DNA from: a virus
Taxonomy: Duplodnaviria; Caudoviricetes
Virus record (IMG/VR): IMGVR_UViG_3300017774_003532
Location: 1 to 37,209 of that record
Length of the DNA stretch: 37,209 nucleotides
Reading direction: 5' to 3' (one strand)
A program made the translations under genes and the position numbers. Under the pieces are notes generated by a model. The model did not search any database and was not told the origin of the DNA. It was given only the letters and a program-made list of their open reading frames with translations. Each line of letters starts with the position of its first letter. Position 1 is the stretch's first letter. Of this stretch, positions 19,616 through 29,300 are shown piece after piece.

Positions 19616-20185
19616 ATGAACATATTATTTAACAATTACAACTACATTATAACTAATGAGGATTTTCTTACTGATGAAGAAATCGATAAGTTGAATGGGG
19701 TGATCACAAAATTGCCTGCTAAAGATAAAAAAGATTTGAGTTTGATTGCTGATATTGGTTCATTTGGTCCAAGGTGCAGGGATATTGAAACAAATGAAGA
19801 AAATCAATGGCTTTATGAAAAAGTCCTAGCTACCGTTACTCAATGTAATAATCAATTTTTTCACATGAAATTGACTGGAAGTGATTTATTCGAACACCAG
19901 ACATATGCATCTGTCGGAAGCCATCTTAAAGCTCACCGAGATATTTCTAACGAATACTTTCAGAAAAAAATTAGATTTAATATTCAATTGTCTGATAGTG
20001 AACATTATGAAGGTGGAGACATGCTAATTTACGAGAAGAGCATTGAAGCTCCTTTCGAAGTCTCTCGTAAAAAAGGATCAATTGTTATTTTTGCTTCTTC
20101 TTTGTTTTTGCATGAAGTAAAACCTATATCTTCAGGTCAGATGGCATCTGTTACAGGTTGCTTCTACGGGCCCCCATTAGAGTAA
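19616..20185 (+). CDS. 2OG-Fe(II) oxygenase, PKHD-type, possibly degenerate
   Basis: AHRD...IQLSD...YEGGDM...KGSIVIFAS...LHEVKPI...GP. Confidence 0.75.
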   Translation: MNILFNNYNYIITNEDFLTDEEIDKLNGVITKLPAKDKKDLSLIADIGSFGPRCRDIETNEENQWLYEKVLATVTQCNNQFFHMKLTGSDLFEHQTYASVGSHLKAHRDISNEYFQKKIRFNIQLSDSEHYEGGDMLIYEKSIEAPFEVSRKKGSIVIFASSLFLHEVKPISSGQMASVTGCFYGPPLE

Positions 20186-20186
20186 G

Positions 20187-20202
20187 TTAACTTATAAGTT
20201 AA
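20187..20202. repeat. Perfect 16-bp palindrome TTAACTTATAAGTTAA between convergent stop codons
   Basis: Read directly; nearly fills the gap between the + strand stop at 20185 and the - strand stop at 20203. Confidence 0.85.
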
Positions 20203-20484
20203 TTAAACTTCTTCAGTAGCAAATGTGGTAGTAATACCGTTAGTAGTACAGTAAGCAGTGATCCAGTATAGATCACTAGAGCTATCAGCTAGATCACTCT
20301 CAATAGATGTGAACACGGAACTATCTTCTGATTGTCTAATAGCCTGCTTAGTCAAACCATCATCAGATAAGATCTTTGTGTTGGTTAGTTTATACTTACT
20401 ATTGATGACAACTCCGCCATCAGTCTCTCCTGGCCATTGAACATCAGCATTAGGTCTAACTCTTGTGATTGTATGTTTGTACAT
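20203..20484 (-). CDS. Small antisense-oriented hypothetical protein (93 aa)
   Basis: Fills an otherwise empty gap; its upstream - strand sequence reads GATAAATAgtagtttAAGGAGttaaaATG (late-promoter variant plus strong RBS). Confidence 0.75.
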   Translation of the reverse strand: MYKHTITRVRPNADVQWPGETDGGVVINSKYKLTNTKILSDDGLTKQAIRQSEDSSVFTSIESDLADSSSDLYWITAYCTTNGITTTFATEEV

Positions 20485-20502
20485 TTTAACTCCTTAAACT
20501 AC

Positions 20503-20510
20503 TATTTATC
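20503..20510 (-). promoter_or_regulatory. Late-promoter variant GATAAATA for the antisense gene
   Basis: tatttatc on the + strand, just upstream of RBS AAGGAG. Confidence 0.5.
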
Positions 20511-20555
20511 TACCCTGCATACCCAACAAATTACTTAACTAATTACCTAATACCA

Positions 20556-20575
20556 AAAGGGCCCTAGGGCCCTTT
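20556..20575. terminator. Perfect 20-bp palindrome AAAGGGCCCTAGGGCCCTTT, probable bidirectional intrinsic terminator
   Basis: GC-rich stem with A/T tails on both sides, in the intergenic region between divergent promoters. Confidence 0.7.
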
Positions 20576-20578
20576 CCT

Positions 20579-20586
20579 TATAAATA
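20579..20586 (+). promoter_or_regulatory. T4-type late promoter TATAAATA
   Basis: Exact consensus directly after the hairpin. Confidence 0.75.
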
Positions 20587-20609
20587 TAATGTAAATATTG
20601 AGGAATAAA

Positions 20610-20942
20610 ATGGCTGTCATCTCCAACCTAGCAATCGATCAAGGAACAACATACAGTGTTACTATAACTGTAACTGATGACACCGGTTCGGCCAGGGATT
20701 TGACCAACTACACCGTTCGTTCCCAGATGAGAAGGTCTTATTATACCAATGCAAATGTCTCCTTTTCAGCCAACATTGCCAGTCCTACCGATGGTACGGT
20801 TTCTCTAGATCTAACCAATACCCAGACCAGTGCCTTAAAACCCGGTAGATACGTTTATGATGTCGAATTAGTTTCCAATGTATCAACAGTCGAAAGACTG
20901 GTGGAAGGAATCGTCACCGTTTACCCAGAGGCTACAAGATAA
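20610..20942 (+). CDS. Small beta-sandwich virion adaptor protein (BppU-N-like by motif resemblance)
   Basis: NLAIDQGTTY...DLTNYTVRSQMRRSY...L.LT.TQT.AL.PGRYVYDVEL...RLVEGIVTV.P; start placed at ATG 20610 after RBS GAGGA. Confidence 0.6.
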   Translation: MAVISNLAIDQGTTYSVTITVTDDTGSARDLTNYTVRSQMRRSYYTNANVSFSANIASPTDGTVSLDLTNTQTSALKPGRYVYDVELVSNVSTVERLVEGIVTVYPEATR

Positions 20943-21167
20943 ATGGCAACTAACAACATTTCTGTAATTCAAGGATCAAAACCATCCGCAAGTATTACAG
21001 TTAACAAATCAACAGGGGGAAAGTTGCAATCGCTTGCCGATGTAAACACCTCCGACCTACAAGATGGTTATACTATTATTTACGATACAACTACAAATAA
21101 GTGGGTCTCCCAACCTATTTCAGCTGGCGTTGTATCAGTAACAAACGTGGATGGCGGAACGTACTAA
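20943..21167 (+). CDS. Mini fibre/linker protein ending in VDGGTY
   Basis: LQSLADVNT...DGYTIIYDTTTNKW fibre repeat; C-terminal VDGGTY. Confidence 0.65.
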   Translation: MATNNISVIQGSKPSASITVNKSTGGKLQSLADVNTSDLQDGYTIIYDTTTNKWVSQPISAGVVSVTNVDGGTY

Positions 21168-21190
21168 AAAAATAACAACCAGGAACCACG

Positions 21191-22891
21191 ATGGCAACCA
21201 CAATTCAAATTAAGCGCTCCCCCAATGTAACGGCGGCAACTACTACCGACTTACTTGAAGGTGAATTAGCCTATTCGTACGATAAGAGTAACGATGGTTC
21301 AGGGGCCAAGTTATATATTGAGGTACAAGATGCCGGTGGTAATGAAACTATTCATACCATTGGTGGTAAGTACTATACATCTAAAGTAGATGCTGCCACC
21401 AATCAGAGTACCGTTAATACAATTGTTTCACGTGATTCAGCAGGTAACTTTTCTGCTAACACTATTACTGCTACCACATTTTTTGGTAATATTGTCGGTA
21501 CCATTAACGGGGTTGCATCATCGGCGAATAAATTAGAAACTGCCAGACGCATTAACCTGGGTGGTGATCTTCAGGGTAATGTATTATTTGATGGTACCCA
21601 AGATGTTACCATTTTTGCAAATGTAATCAGCAATTCTGTTACCCTTGGTACTGATACAATTGGTGACTATGTTGCAAACCTAACAGCTGGTACCGGTGTT
21701 ACTTTATCTGGTCAGGCTGGCGAATCTTCTAACATTACAGTCAGTATTGGGCAGGCAGTTGGTACGTCTTCAGATGTAACCTTTAATACTGTCACATCAA
21801 GATTGTTTGGCCAGGCTAACACTGCCACCGCCTTACACACTGGTAGATACATTAATTTGTCTGGTGATATCTCAGGTTCTGCCTACTTTGATGGTACAGG
21901 TAATGCAGACATTTCTGCAATTGTAATTCAATCCAATTCTGTTAATCTTGGTACTGATACCACAGGGGATTATGTTGCGAACTTGACTGCAGGTTCAGGT
22001 ATTGCTTTAACTAATGCTGGTGGTGAATCTGCTAACGTTACAGTTGGTTTATCTACCTCAGGTGTATCCGCTTCAACATACGGTGGTACAACAAACATAC
22101 CTGTATTCACAGTTGATACATTCGGTAGGGTCACATCAGCTTCTAACGTAGCTGTTTCCACCTCCTTCACATTAGCTGCAAATGCTGGTACCCCTGATAC
22201 TCTAAGTGGTGGGGACACACTAAGAATTACCGGTGGTACAGGTATCAATACAGTTGTATCTGATAATACGATTTCAGTATTTAACACCGGTGTTACATCT
22301 CTTTCTGGTACTGCCAATCAAGTTACAGTTAGCGCATCCAATGCCTCTGTTACGTTAGGGTTACCCAATGATGTTGTTGTTAACAATAACCTGACAGTAC
22401 AGGGTAATTTGTTTATAAAGGGCACGGCAACAACATTACAGACTACCACAGTTGTAGTCAATGACTCTTTAGTTAAATTTGGAAATGCCAATCCAGCTAA
22501 TTCGTTGGATCTTGGTTTTTATGGTGAATATGTTGACGGTGGTACTAAAAAGTACACTGGTATTTACAATGATCATACAGACAATAAGTTTAGATTATTT
22601 GCAGGTTCTACTGTTGATCCCGCAGGTAACGTAGTCAATACATCTGACGCCGGGTACACAATTGCCACCCTGGTTGCTAACTTAACCGGTGGTACGGTAT
22701 CTGGTTTAACTGCTAACATCGCCGTTGGTGATGGTGGTACTGGTCGTGGTACCTTTACAACCAATGGTATTTTGTTTGGTAATGCCACCGGTGCATTGAG
22801 GGTAACTACTGCAGGCACTGCCGGTCAAATACTACAGGTTGGTAACGATGGTGTGCCGTTGTTTGCAAGTGTAGATGGCGGAACATACTAA
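21191..22891 (+). CDS. Tail-fibre protein (N-terminal IQIKRS domain, C-terminal VDGGTY)
   Basis: MATTIQIKRS...L.EGELAY; duplicated R.INL.GD..G...FDGT...SV.LGTDT.GDYVANLTAG; TYGG...IPVFTVD..GRVT.AS. Confidence 0.75.
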   Translation: MATTIQIKRSPNVTAATTTDLLEGELAYSYDKSNDGSGAKLYIEVQDAGGNETIHTIGGKYYTSKVDAATNQSTVNTIVSRDSAGNFSANTITATTFFGNIVGTINGVASSANKLETARRINLGGDLQGNVLFDGTQDVTIFANVISNSVTLGTDTIGDYVANLTAGTGVTLSGQAGESSNITVSIGQAVGTSSDVTFNTVTSRLFGQANTATALHTGRYINLSGDISGSAYFDGTGNADISAIVIQSNSVNLGTDTTGDYVANLTAGSGIALTNAGGESANVTVGLSTSGVSASTYGGTTNIPVFTVDTFGRVTSASNVAVSTSFTLAANAGTPDTLSGGDTLRITGGTGINTVVSDNTISVFNTGVTSLSGTANQVTVSASNASVTLGLPNDVVVNNNLTVQGNLFIKGTATTLQTTTVVVNDSLVKFGNANPANSLDLGFYGEYVDGGTKKYTGIYNDHTDNKFRLFAGSTVDPAGNVVNTSDAGYTIATLVANLTGGTVSGLTANIAVGDGGTGRGTFTTNGILFGNATGALRVTTAGTAGQILQVGNDGVPLFASVDGGTY

Positions 22892-22900
22892 AAAAACTAC

Positions 22901-22908
22901 TATAAATA
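22901..22908 (+). promoter_or_regulatory. T4-type late promoter TATAAATA
   Basis: Exact consensus, intergenic. Confidence 0.75.
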
Positions 22909-22938
22909 TATTATTAATTGTTTTCTCTTGAGGTGAGT

Positions 22939-23613
22939 ATGGAAGATCCAAGTAAGTTTTTTAATGTAATAATAGACAGAACTAATCAAAAATTAAATTC
23001 TTTTCAGGCGCAGATCATCGTACTTGAGTCACAACTTCAGATGGCTAATGATGAGAGAGATTCCTACAAGAAATATGTTGAGGAAATGCCATCATTACAC
23101 CATGACGTTGAAGCTCATAATAAGTTAAAAAATGATTATGCTGCATTAGAAGATAAATTACATGCAGTGTTATTGGCAAAGGATGAGCAGCATAAAGAGG
23201 CTGTGGAACAACTACGCAATGATTTTGTAATAAAATATAAAGATCTTGAAGATTCTATTTTAGAATTAAAAGAACAGCACAGACAGGTGTTAGATGTACA
23301 ACGTGATGATTTTGTAATAAAATATAAAGATCTTGAAGATTCTATTTTAGAATTAAAAGAACGTCACAGACATGTATTAGATTTACAACGTGAAGAAATT
23401 GAAAAGAAGTACGAACATCTTATTGTTTCTTCAAAAGAAAAAGATGAACAACTTCAATTTGCCTTAGATAAAAACGAAGTACAAGCTGAGAAATTAAAAA
23501 TATTGCAATCGAATATCAACGATAGTACGAATTTTATTCGTGATCAAAACGAAACACTTCTACAAGAAATAAAAAGACTTAAAGCTGAAATGGCTGAAAT
23601 GTCTAGCAAATAA
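22939..23613 (+). CDS. Coiled-coil protein (possible fibre chaperone) with internal 29-aa duplication
   Basis: E/K/L/Q-rich heptads; ATG 22939 follows RBS GAGGTG (the listed TTG 22918 start is less likely). Confidence 0.65.
   Translation: MEDPSKFFNVIIDRTNQKLNSFQAQIIVLESQLQMANDERDSYKKYVEEMPSLHHDVEAHNKLKNDYAALEDKLHAVLLAKDEQHKEAVEQLRNDFVIKYKDLEDSILELKEQHRQVLDVQRDDFVIKYKDLEDSILELKERHRHVLDLQREEIEKKYEHLIVSSKEKDEQLQFALDKNEVQAEKLKILQSNINDSTNFIRDQNETLLQEIKRLKAEMAEMSSK
23221..23393 (+). repeat. 87-bp-period tandem duplication (DFVIKYKDLEDSILELKE)
   Basis: gattttgtaataaaatataaagatcttgaagattctattttagaattaaaagaac is identical at 23221 and 23308. Confidence 0.92.
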
Positions 23614-26246
23614 TGGCAACAGAAATTCAACTAAAACGGTCTTTTACATCCGGGCAAATTCCGGGTGCTGCTAATGTTTTGGTTGGAGAACCAGTACTTA
23701 ACCTGGTTGACAGGGTACTGTATACCAAGGACAACAGCGGCAATATCGTCGTTATCAGTTCTGGTAATGCCTCTACTATTGCATCTTTGGCGTTCAATGC
23801 TGCCAATGTGGCAGCTGCATACACAGTTGCCGGGGTAGCCGGTAACGTATCTAACATTCAATTGGCTTCTGGAATTACCTCTTCCGGTCTATTAACAACA
23901 GCCAATATATCAGAATTAACCAATCTTTATTTTACCAACGCCAGGGCAAGAGAATCTATTACCATTGCCTCTGGTAATGTAAATGGTAAGGGTTCTTACG
24001 ATAGCGCTACTGGTGTTATATCGATTAATGCCGCCAATGTAACCGTTTCCTCTAATGCTCCAACTAACCCCTATGTAGGTGATCTGTGGATCCATGCAGA
24101 TACTGCCGTTGAATATTTGTTCTTTGGCGACGGGGATACCTTTCAATGGGTTGAACTTGGAGAACCAAGTACTGGTAGTTCGGAGTCAACGATAACTGTA
24201 GCCGGGGTCACCGGAAATGTATCCAATGTTCAATTGGTATCTGGTATTTCTCAAACAGGTATACTGACTACAGCAAACGTCACAGAAGTAACAAATTTAT
24301 ATTTTACTAATGCGAGAGCCGTTGCTTCATTAACTGCCGGTCAAAGTATTACTATTGATGCTAATGGCAGAATTAATTCTACTGCCACTGGGAGTTCTTC
24401 TACCTACGGTGATTCCAACGTTATATTATTAGGTTATGCCACTAATGCCAATGTTGCTTTAAAAGCAAACGTCGCCGATCTTAAGACGGCCAACGTTGCA
24501 GAGCTTACAAATTTATATTTTACCAATTCAAGAGTTTATTCTAACGTTACTCAATTAGGGTATATTACTTCGGCCTCTCTATCTGGTTATGCTACCAACA
24601 CTCAATTGGGTACTTATGCTACTAATGCACAACTGGGTTCCTACGCAACTAATGCCCAACTAGCTAGTTATGCTACTAATGCACAATTAACCTCGTATGC
24701 AACTACAACTAATGTAGCATTAAAGGCTAATGTTGTTGATTTAACTACGGCTAATGTAACAGAGAATACTAATCAATACTTTACCAATGCTAGGACAATA
24801 GCTGCCATTACCAATACTACTTTAAGTAATTTAACAGTATCAGGTAATATTACACTGAATGGTCAGCCAACAACTTATGGATATGTTAATGGTAGTTATT
24901 TGTTTGCTCTTAATAATGCCGATCAGTCAGTTGGACAAAATGGTGCAGTTAACTTCCAAACTACAAGTGCAAGTAATGGTAGTCTTATAACTAAGACTAG
25001 CAACTCCCAGATAACTCTAGCATCAGGTAATAGTTATAAATTAAGAGCCGTAATAGGACGTTTACAATCAAGTTCAACTTGGGCTCAATTTAGATGGTAT
25101 GATGTGACCAACAGTGCCTATGTTGGCTCAGAAGGATTCAGTGAAGTAGTGAATTCAACAGGGGCAATTGGATCAACCAATGTGCCTACAGCCTACGTGA
25201 CGCCTAGTGTAAATACTACTTATGAACTAAGACAGACTACAGTTAACACAATTACTGTTAATGCTTATGCTTCAATGGAAGTTGAACAAATAAATCCCAC
25301 CATAGCAGTTCAAGCCACTGCCACTGGCACGGTTGCTACAAACTATATAGCAACCACAAGAACAGGAACAAACCAAACTATCACCACCGGCGGAACCGAT
25401 ATTGTATTGAATACCACAGACAAATCTTCTGGTAGTTCAGTCACATACAATACCAGCACTGGTGTTTATACACTGACTGCTGGTACGACTTACGAGTTGT
25501 CATTTACTCCAAGTTGGAACTATCCTTCTGGTGGTAGTTCTTATATTCAGTATGATTGGGTTGACGCCACTACTAACACTTCACTGGACAGTGATAGTGG
25601 ATCATTTTGCACTGCCTACGCTTACACCTACACTTTTGCCTCACACAACCATAACATAATCAGCAAGTTGGTTTATACTCCCTCAACCAATCAAACTGTA
25701 AAAATTAGAGCAACTGGTACAAACAATACTGGAGCAGTTTTGACCGCAGGCAGTAGTGCTTATGTCAAGGCAATGAACGCAATCTTTGCCCTCAACGCTC
25801 TAGCCACAATGGCCACAACTGGTAATGTCAGTGTTGGAGGCGATCTAAGTGTTACAGGAAATGTCACAGGTACTAATCTAACTAGTAAAACCACAGGGTC
25901 TTGGACAGTGACCACAGGAACAAATACTTACAGCATCACAGTTCCTATAAACGGCAATTATCAAATTTGGGTTAGAGCCAACATCCCTAACGGTATCATA
26001 GCTTACCAGGCCACTGTAGGTGTTACTAATACCAATGTGCCAGTGCTGGGTACTCAGCGAGCATGGAACTACACTGGTGGCGGAAGTCCAATATTACTAA
26101 CAAGTATGCCAACGCAGATTGTAGGAGCAGAAGGCACAATATCAACTACTGTGGTATCAACCACTACCGCTAACCGGTTAGATTTTGGTATTAACAATAC
26201 TAGTGGGTCATCTCAAACAGTATATTGGGGTTATGTTACATTATAA
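23613..26246 (+). CDS. Tail-fibre protein (N-terminal IQLKRS domain, NLYFTN repeats, beta-rich C-terminal head domains)
   Basis: MATEIQLKRS; four LxTAN[IV]xExTN[LQ]YFTNxR repeats; YATNAQL tandem; C-terminal beta-rich domains. Confidence 0.75.
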   Translation: MATEIQLKRSFTSGQIPGAANVLVGEPVLNLVDRVLYTKDNSGNIVVISSGNASTIASLAFNAANVAAAYTVAGVAGNVSNIQLASGITSSGLLTTANISELTNLYFTNARARESITIASGNVNGKGSYDSATGVISINAANVTVSSNAPTNPYVGDLWIHADTAVEYLFFGDGDTFQWVELGEPSTGSSESTITVAGVTGNVSNVQLVSGISQTGILTTANVTEVTNLYFTNARAVASLTAGQSITIDANGRINSTATGSSSTYGDSNVILLGYATNANVALKANVADLKTANVAELTNLYFTNSRVYSNVTQLGYITSASLSGYATNTQLGTYATNAQLGSYATNAQLASYATNAQLTSYATTTNVALKANVVDLTTANVTENTNQYFTNARTIAAITNTTLSNLTVSGNITLNGQPTTYGYVNGSYLFALNNADQSVGQNGAVNFQTTSASNGSLITKTSNSQITLASGNSYKLRAVIGRLQSSSTWAQFRWYDVTNSAYVGSEGFSEVVNSTGAIGSTNVPTAYVTPSVNTTYELRQTTVNTITVNAYASMEVEQINPTIAVQATATGTVATNYIATTRTGTNQTITTGGTDIVLNTTDKSSGSSVTYNTSTGVYTLTAGTTYELSFTPSWNYPSGGSSYIQYDWVDATTNTSLDSDSGSFCTAYAYTYTFASHNHNIISKLVYTPSTNQTVKIRATGTNNTGAVLTAGSSAYVKAMNAIFALNALATMATTGNVSVGGDLSVTGNVTGTNLTSKTTGSWTVTTGTNTYSITVPINGNYQIWVRANIPNGIIAYQATVGVTNTNVPVLGTQRAWNYTGGGSPILLTSMPTQIVGAEGTISTTVVSTTTANRLDFGINNTSGSSQTVYWGYVTL
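24585..24705 (+). repeat. 27-bp (9-aa) tandem repeat xxYATN[AT]QL, about 4.5 copies
   Basis: GYATNTQL-GTYATNAQL-GSYATNAQL-ASYATNAQL-TSYAT, with synonymous divergence between copies. Confidence 0.85.
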
Positions 26247-26279
26247 TCATAACCAATTAATTCTTACAGTCTAGATTTT

Positions 26280-26287
26280 TATAAATA
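26280..26287 (+). promoter_or_regulatory. T4-type late promoter TATAAATA
   Basis: Exact consensus, intergenic. Confidence 0.75.
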
Positions 26288-26335
26288 AACGAGTAACTCA
26301 ATTGGCAGTAATCCAACAATAAGGAAGCAGAAAAA

Positions 26336-29300
26336 ATGGCAACGACACTAAATTTTCCATCAAGCCCGGCCCTAAATGACACGTATGCATTTGGTGGGAA
26401 GACATGGACATACAATGGTTCAGCATGGAAATTAAATTCCACCGCTTTAACTACAACCGGGGTAACTGAAGGTACTAACCTTTATTTTACAAATGCCCGT
26501 TCAAGAGCTGCAATTTCGGTTGCTGGTTCTGGTTCTTATGATAGCGCTACAGGTGTTATCACTGTTACTGGGGGCGTTACATCAGTTAACGGTCAAACAG
26601 GTGCTGCTACCGGTTTTGCTACTACTGCAAACAGCCTTTCGCAATTTGCTTCTACCACATCTGCACAACTTGCTACACTGATTTCTGATGAGACAGGTAC
26701 TGGTTCCGTTGTATTCTCTGCATCACCTGCACTGACAGGTACACCAACTGCTCCTACTGCTGCCAATAACGTATCGACAACTCAAATTGCTACTACAGAG
26801 TTCGTTAAGAACACCGTTGCAAATTTAATTGATGGTGCACCTGCATTATTAGATACTCTTAATGAGCTTGCTGCAGCTATTAATGATGATGCTTCTTTCT
26901 CTGCAACTATTGCTAATACAATTAGTGTAGCTCAAACTACTGCAGGTAATGCCTTTGGTCAAGCAAACACTGCTACCCTTGCTGCTTCCTCTGCTTTTGG
27001 ACAAGCCAATACTGCCACCCTAGCTAGTGCTGCAGGGTATGCTCAAGCCAATACAGCTACTTTAGCTGCTTCTGCCGCATTCGATTCTGCTAACACCAAG
27101 GTTGCCACGGTTGCTGGTGTTACAAGCACAACAATTTCCAATGCTCAATTGGCATCTGGTATTTCTTCTTCTGGTATCCTTACAACTGCCAATGTATCAG
27201 AACTAACTAACCTGTACTTCACCAATGCTCGTTCACGTGGTGCAATTTCCGTAGCAGGTGCTGGTTCTTACGACAGCAGTACTGGTGTTATTACTATTAC
27301 CGGCGGTGTTTCATCGGTTGGTGGTGCCACAGGTGCAGTATCCAATGCTCAATTAGCAACAAGTGTTATTACATCAGGTGTTCTTAATACATCTAACGTT
27401 GCTGAAGGTGCAAATCTTTATTTTACAACCTCAAGAGCTCGCAATTCAATTGATGCAGCAGCTAATGGAGGAATTACCTATAGTTCGGCAACTGGTAATG
27501 TTTCTCTAAGCGCTTCTGGTGTTACAGCTAACACATACGGTGGTGCATCAAAAGTACCAGTATTTACAGTTGACTCAACTGGTAGAATCACATCTGCTGC
27601 AAACGTTAACGTTGCCGGTGTTTCTACATTCAGCGCTTCTGGTAATACATTTACAATTGGAACTGCCGATGGCGGTTCGTTCTCTGCAAGTATTCAACCT
27701 AATTCTGTTGAGCTTGGTAGAGACACAACTGGTGCGTACGTTGCCTCAATGACAGCTGGTAATGGTATCACAGTAGGTACAGCAACCGGTGAAGGTTCAA
27801 CACCTGTTATTACTAACACCGGTGTTCTTACTGTTAATGGTCAGTCTGGTAATGCAACTGGTTTTGCAACCACAGCTAACTCATTAGCACAATTTGCTTC
27901 TACTACTTCTACCGAACTTAGAACTCTTGTTTCTGATGAAACTGGTTCAGGGTCATTGGTGTTCTCTGATAGCCCAGTTCTAATTACTCCTAACATCGGT
28001 ACAGCTTCTTACGCAGTATTGACTAACGCCACTGGTCTTCCAGTAGCAACCGGTATTTCTGGTCTTGGTTCTGGTGTAGCAACATTCTTAGCTACCCCTT
28101 CTTCTGCTAACCTTGCAGCCGCGGTCACCGATGAAACTGGAACAGGCACTCTTCTGTTCTCTAACTCACCAGTCATGGTAACTCCTAACATTGGAACACC
28201 ATCGTACTTGAACCTAGCGAATGCTACAGGTCTATCTATAAATGCTATTTCAGGACTCAACGCTAACGTTGCAACATTCTTAGGTCAAGTATCTACTAGT
28301 GCTAACTTAGCAGCTTTAATTACTGATGAAACTGGTACAGGATCATTAGTATTTGGTACAAGCCCTGCAATTACTACATCGTTAACTACACCTAGTTCAT
28401 CTTTTGACTTAGTCAATGGTACTGCAACTACAGTTAATTTTGCTGGTGCAGGTACATCAGTTAATATTGGTTCATCAGCAGGAACTGGTAATACTAATAT
28501 TAGAAATAATTTGTTTGTTGCAGGTAACTTGTTTGTTCAAGGTACCACAACAACTGTATCATCTACAACATTAGATGTTGCAGATAAGAATCTTACATTA
28601 GCTAAAGGCGCAGGTTCTAGTGCTGGTGCTGATGGTGCAGGTATCACGATTGATGGTGCTAATGCAACCTTCAACTACGTACACGCCACTACCGCATTTA
28701 CATCTAGCCAAGATATTGATCTTGCTACCGGTAAAGCTTATGAGATTAATAATACCCAGGTTCTAAGTGCAACTGGCCTTGGTCCTAACGTTGTTGCATC
28801 TAACTTAACATCAGTTGGTACAATTACTACAGGTGTATGGAATGGTACAGAAATTGGTACTGCTTACACAGCTGCTAAAGTTACCTCAGTTAATGGACAA
28901 GTTGGAGCTGCAACAGGATTCGCAACAACTGCAAACTCATTAGCACAATTTGCATCTACTACATCTGCTCAACTTGCAACATTAGTTAGTGATGAGACCG
29001 GTACTGGTAATCTGGTATTCTCTACAAACGCTGTATTGACTACACCTAACATTGGAACACCATCGTACTTAAACCTAGCAAATGCTACAGGCTTATCTTT
29101 AAATGCTATTACAGGTTTTGGTGCAAACGTCACAACGTTCCTAGCAGATCCAACGAGCGCAAAGCTTGCATTTGCCATTACCGATGAAACAGGTTCTGGT
29201 AATGTGGTGTTTAGTAACAGTCCAGCTCTGGTAACTCCTAACTTGGGTACACCCTCTGCGGCTACTCTCACCAATGCAACTGGTTTGCCAATCAGTACTG

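Noticed and set aside
21160-22897. Both VDGGTY genes end TAC-T-A7, suggesting programmed frameshift or readthrough fusion
   Set aside because: For 20943>21191 the needed -1 frame hits TAA right after the A-run and in-frame readthrough is out of phase; the downstream genes have their own RBS
11560-24705. Tandem repeats as a possible CRISPR array
   Set aside because: All are in-frame coding repeats without unique spacers
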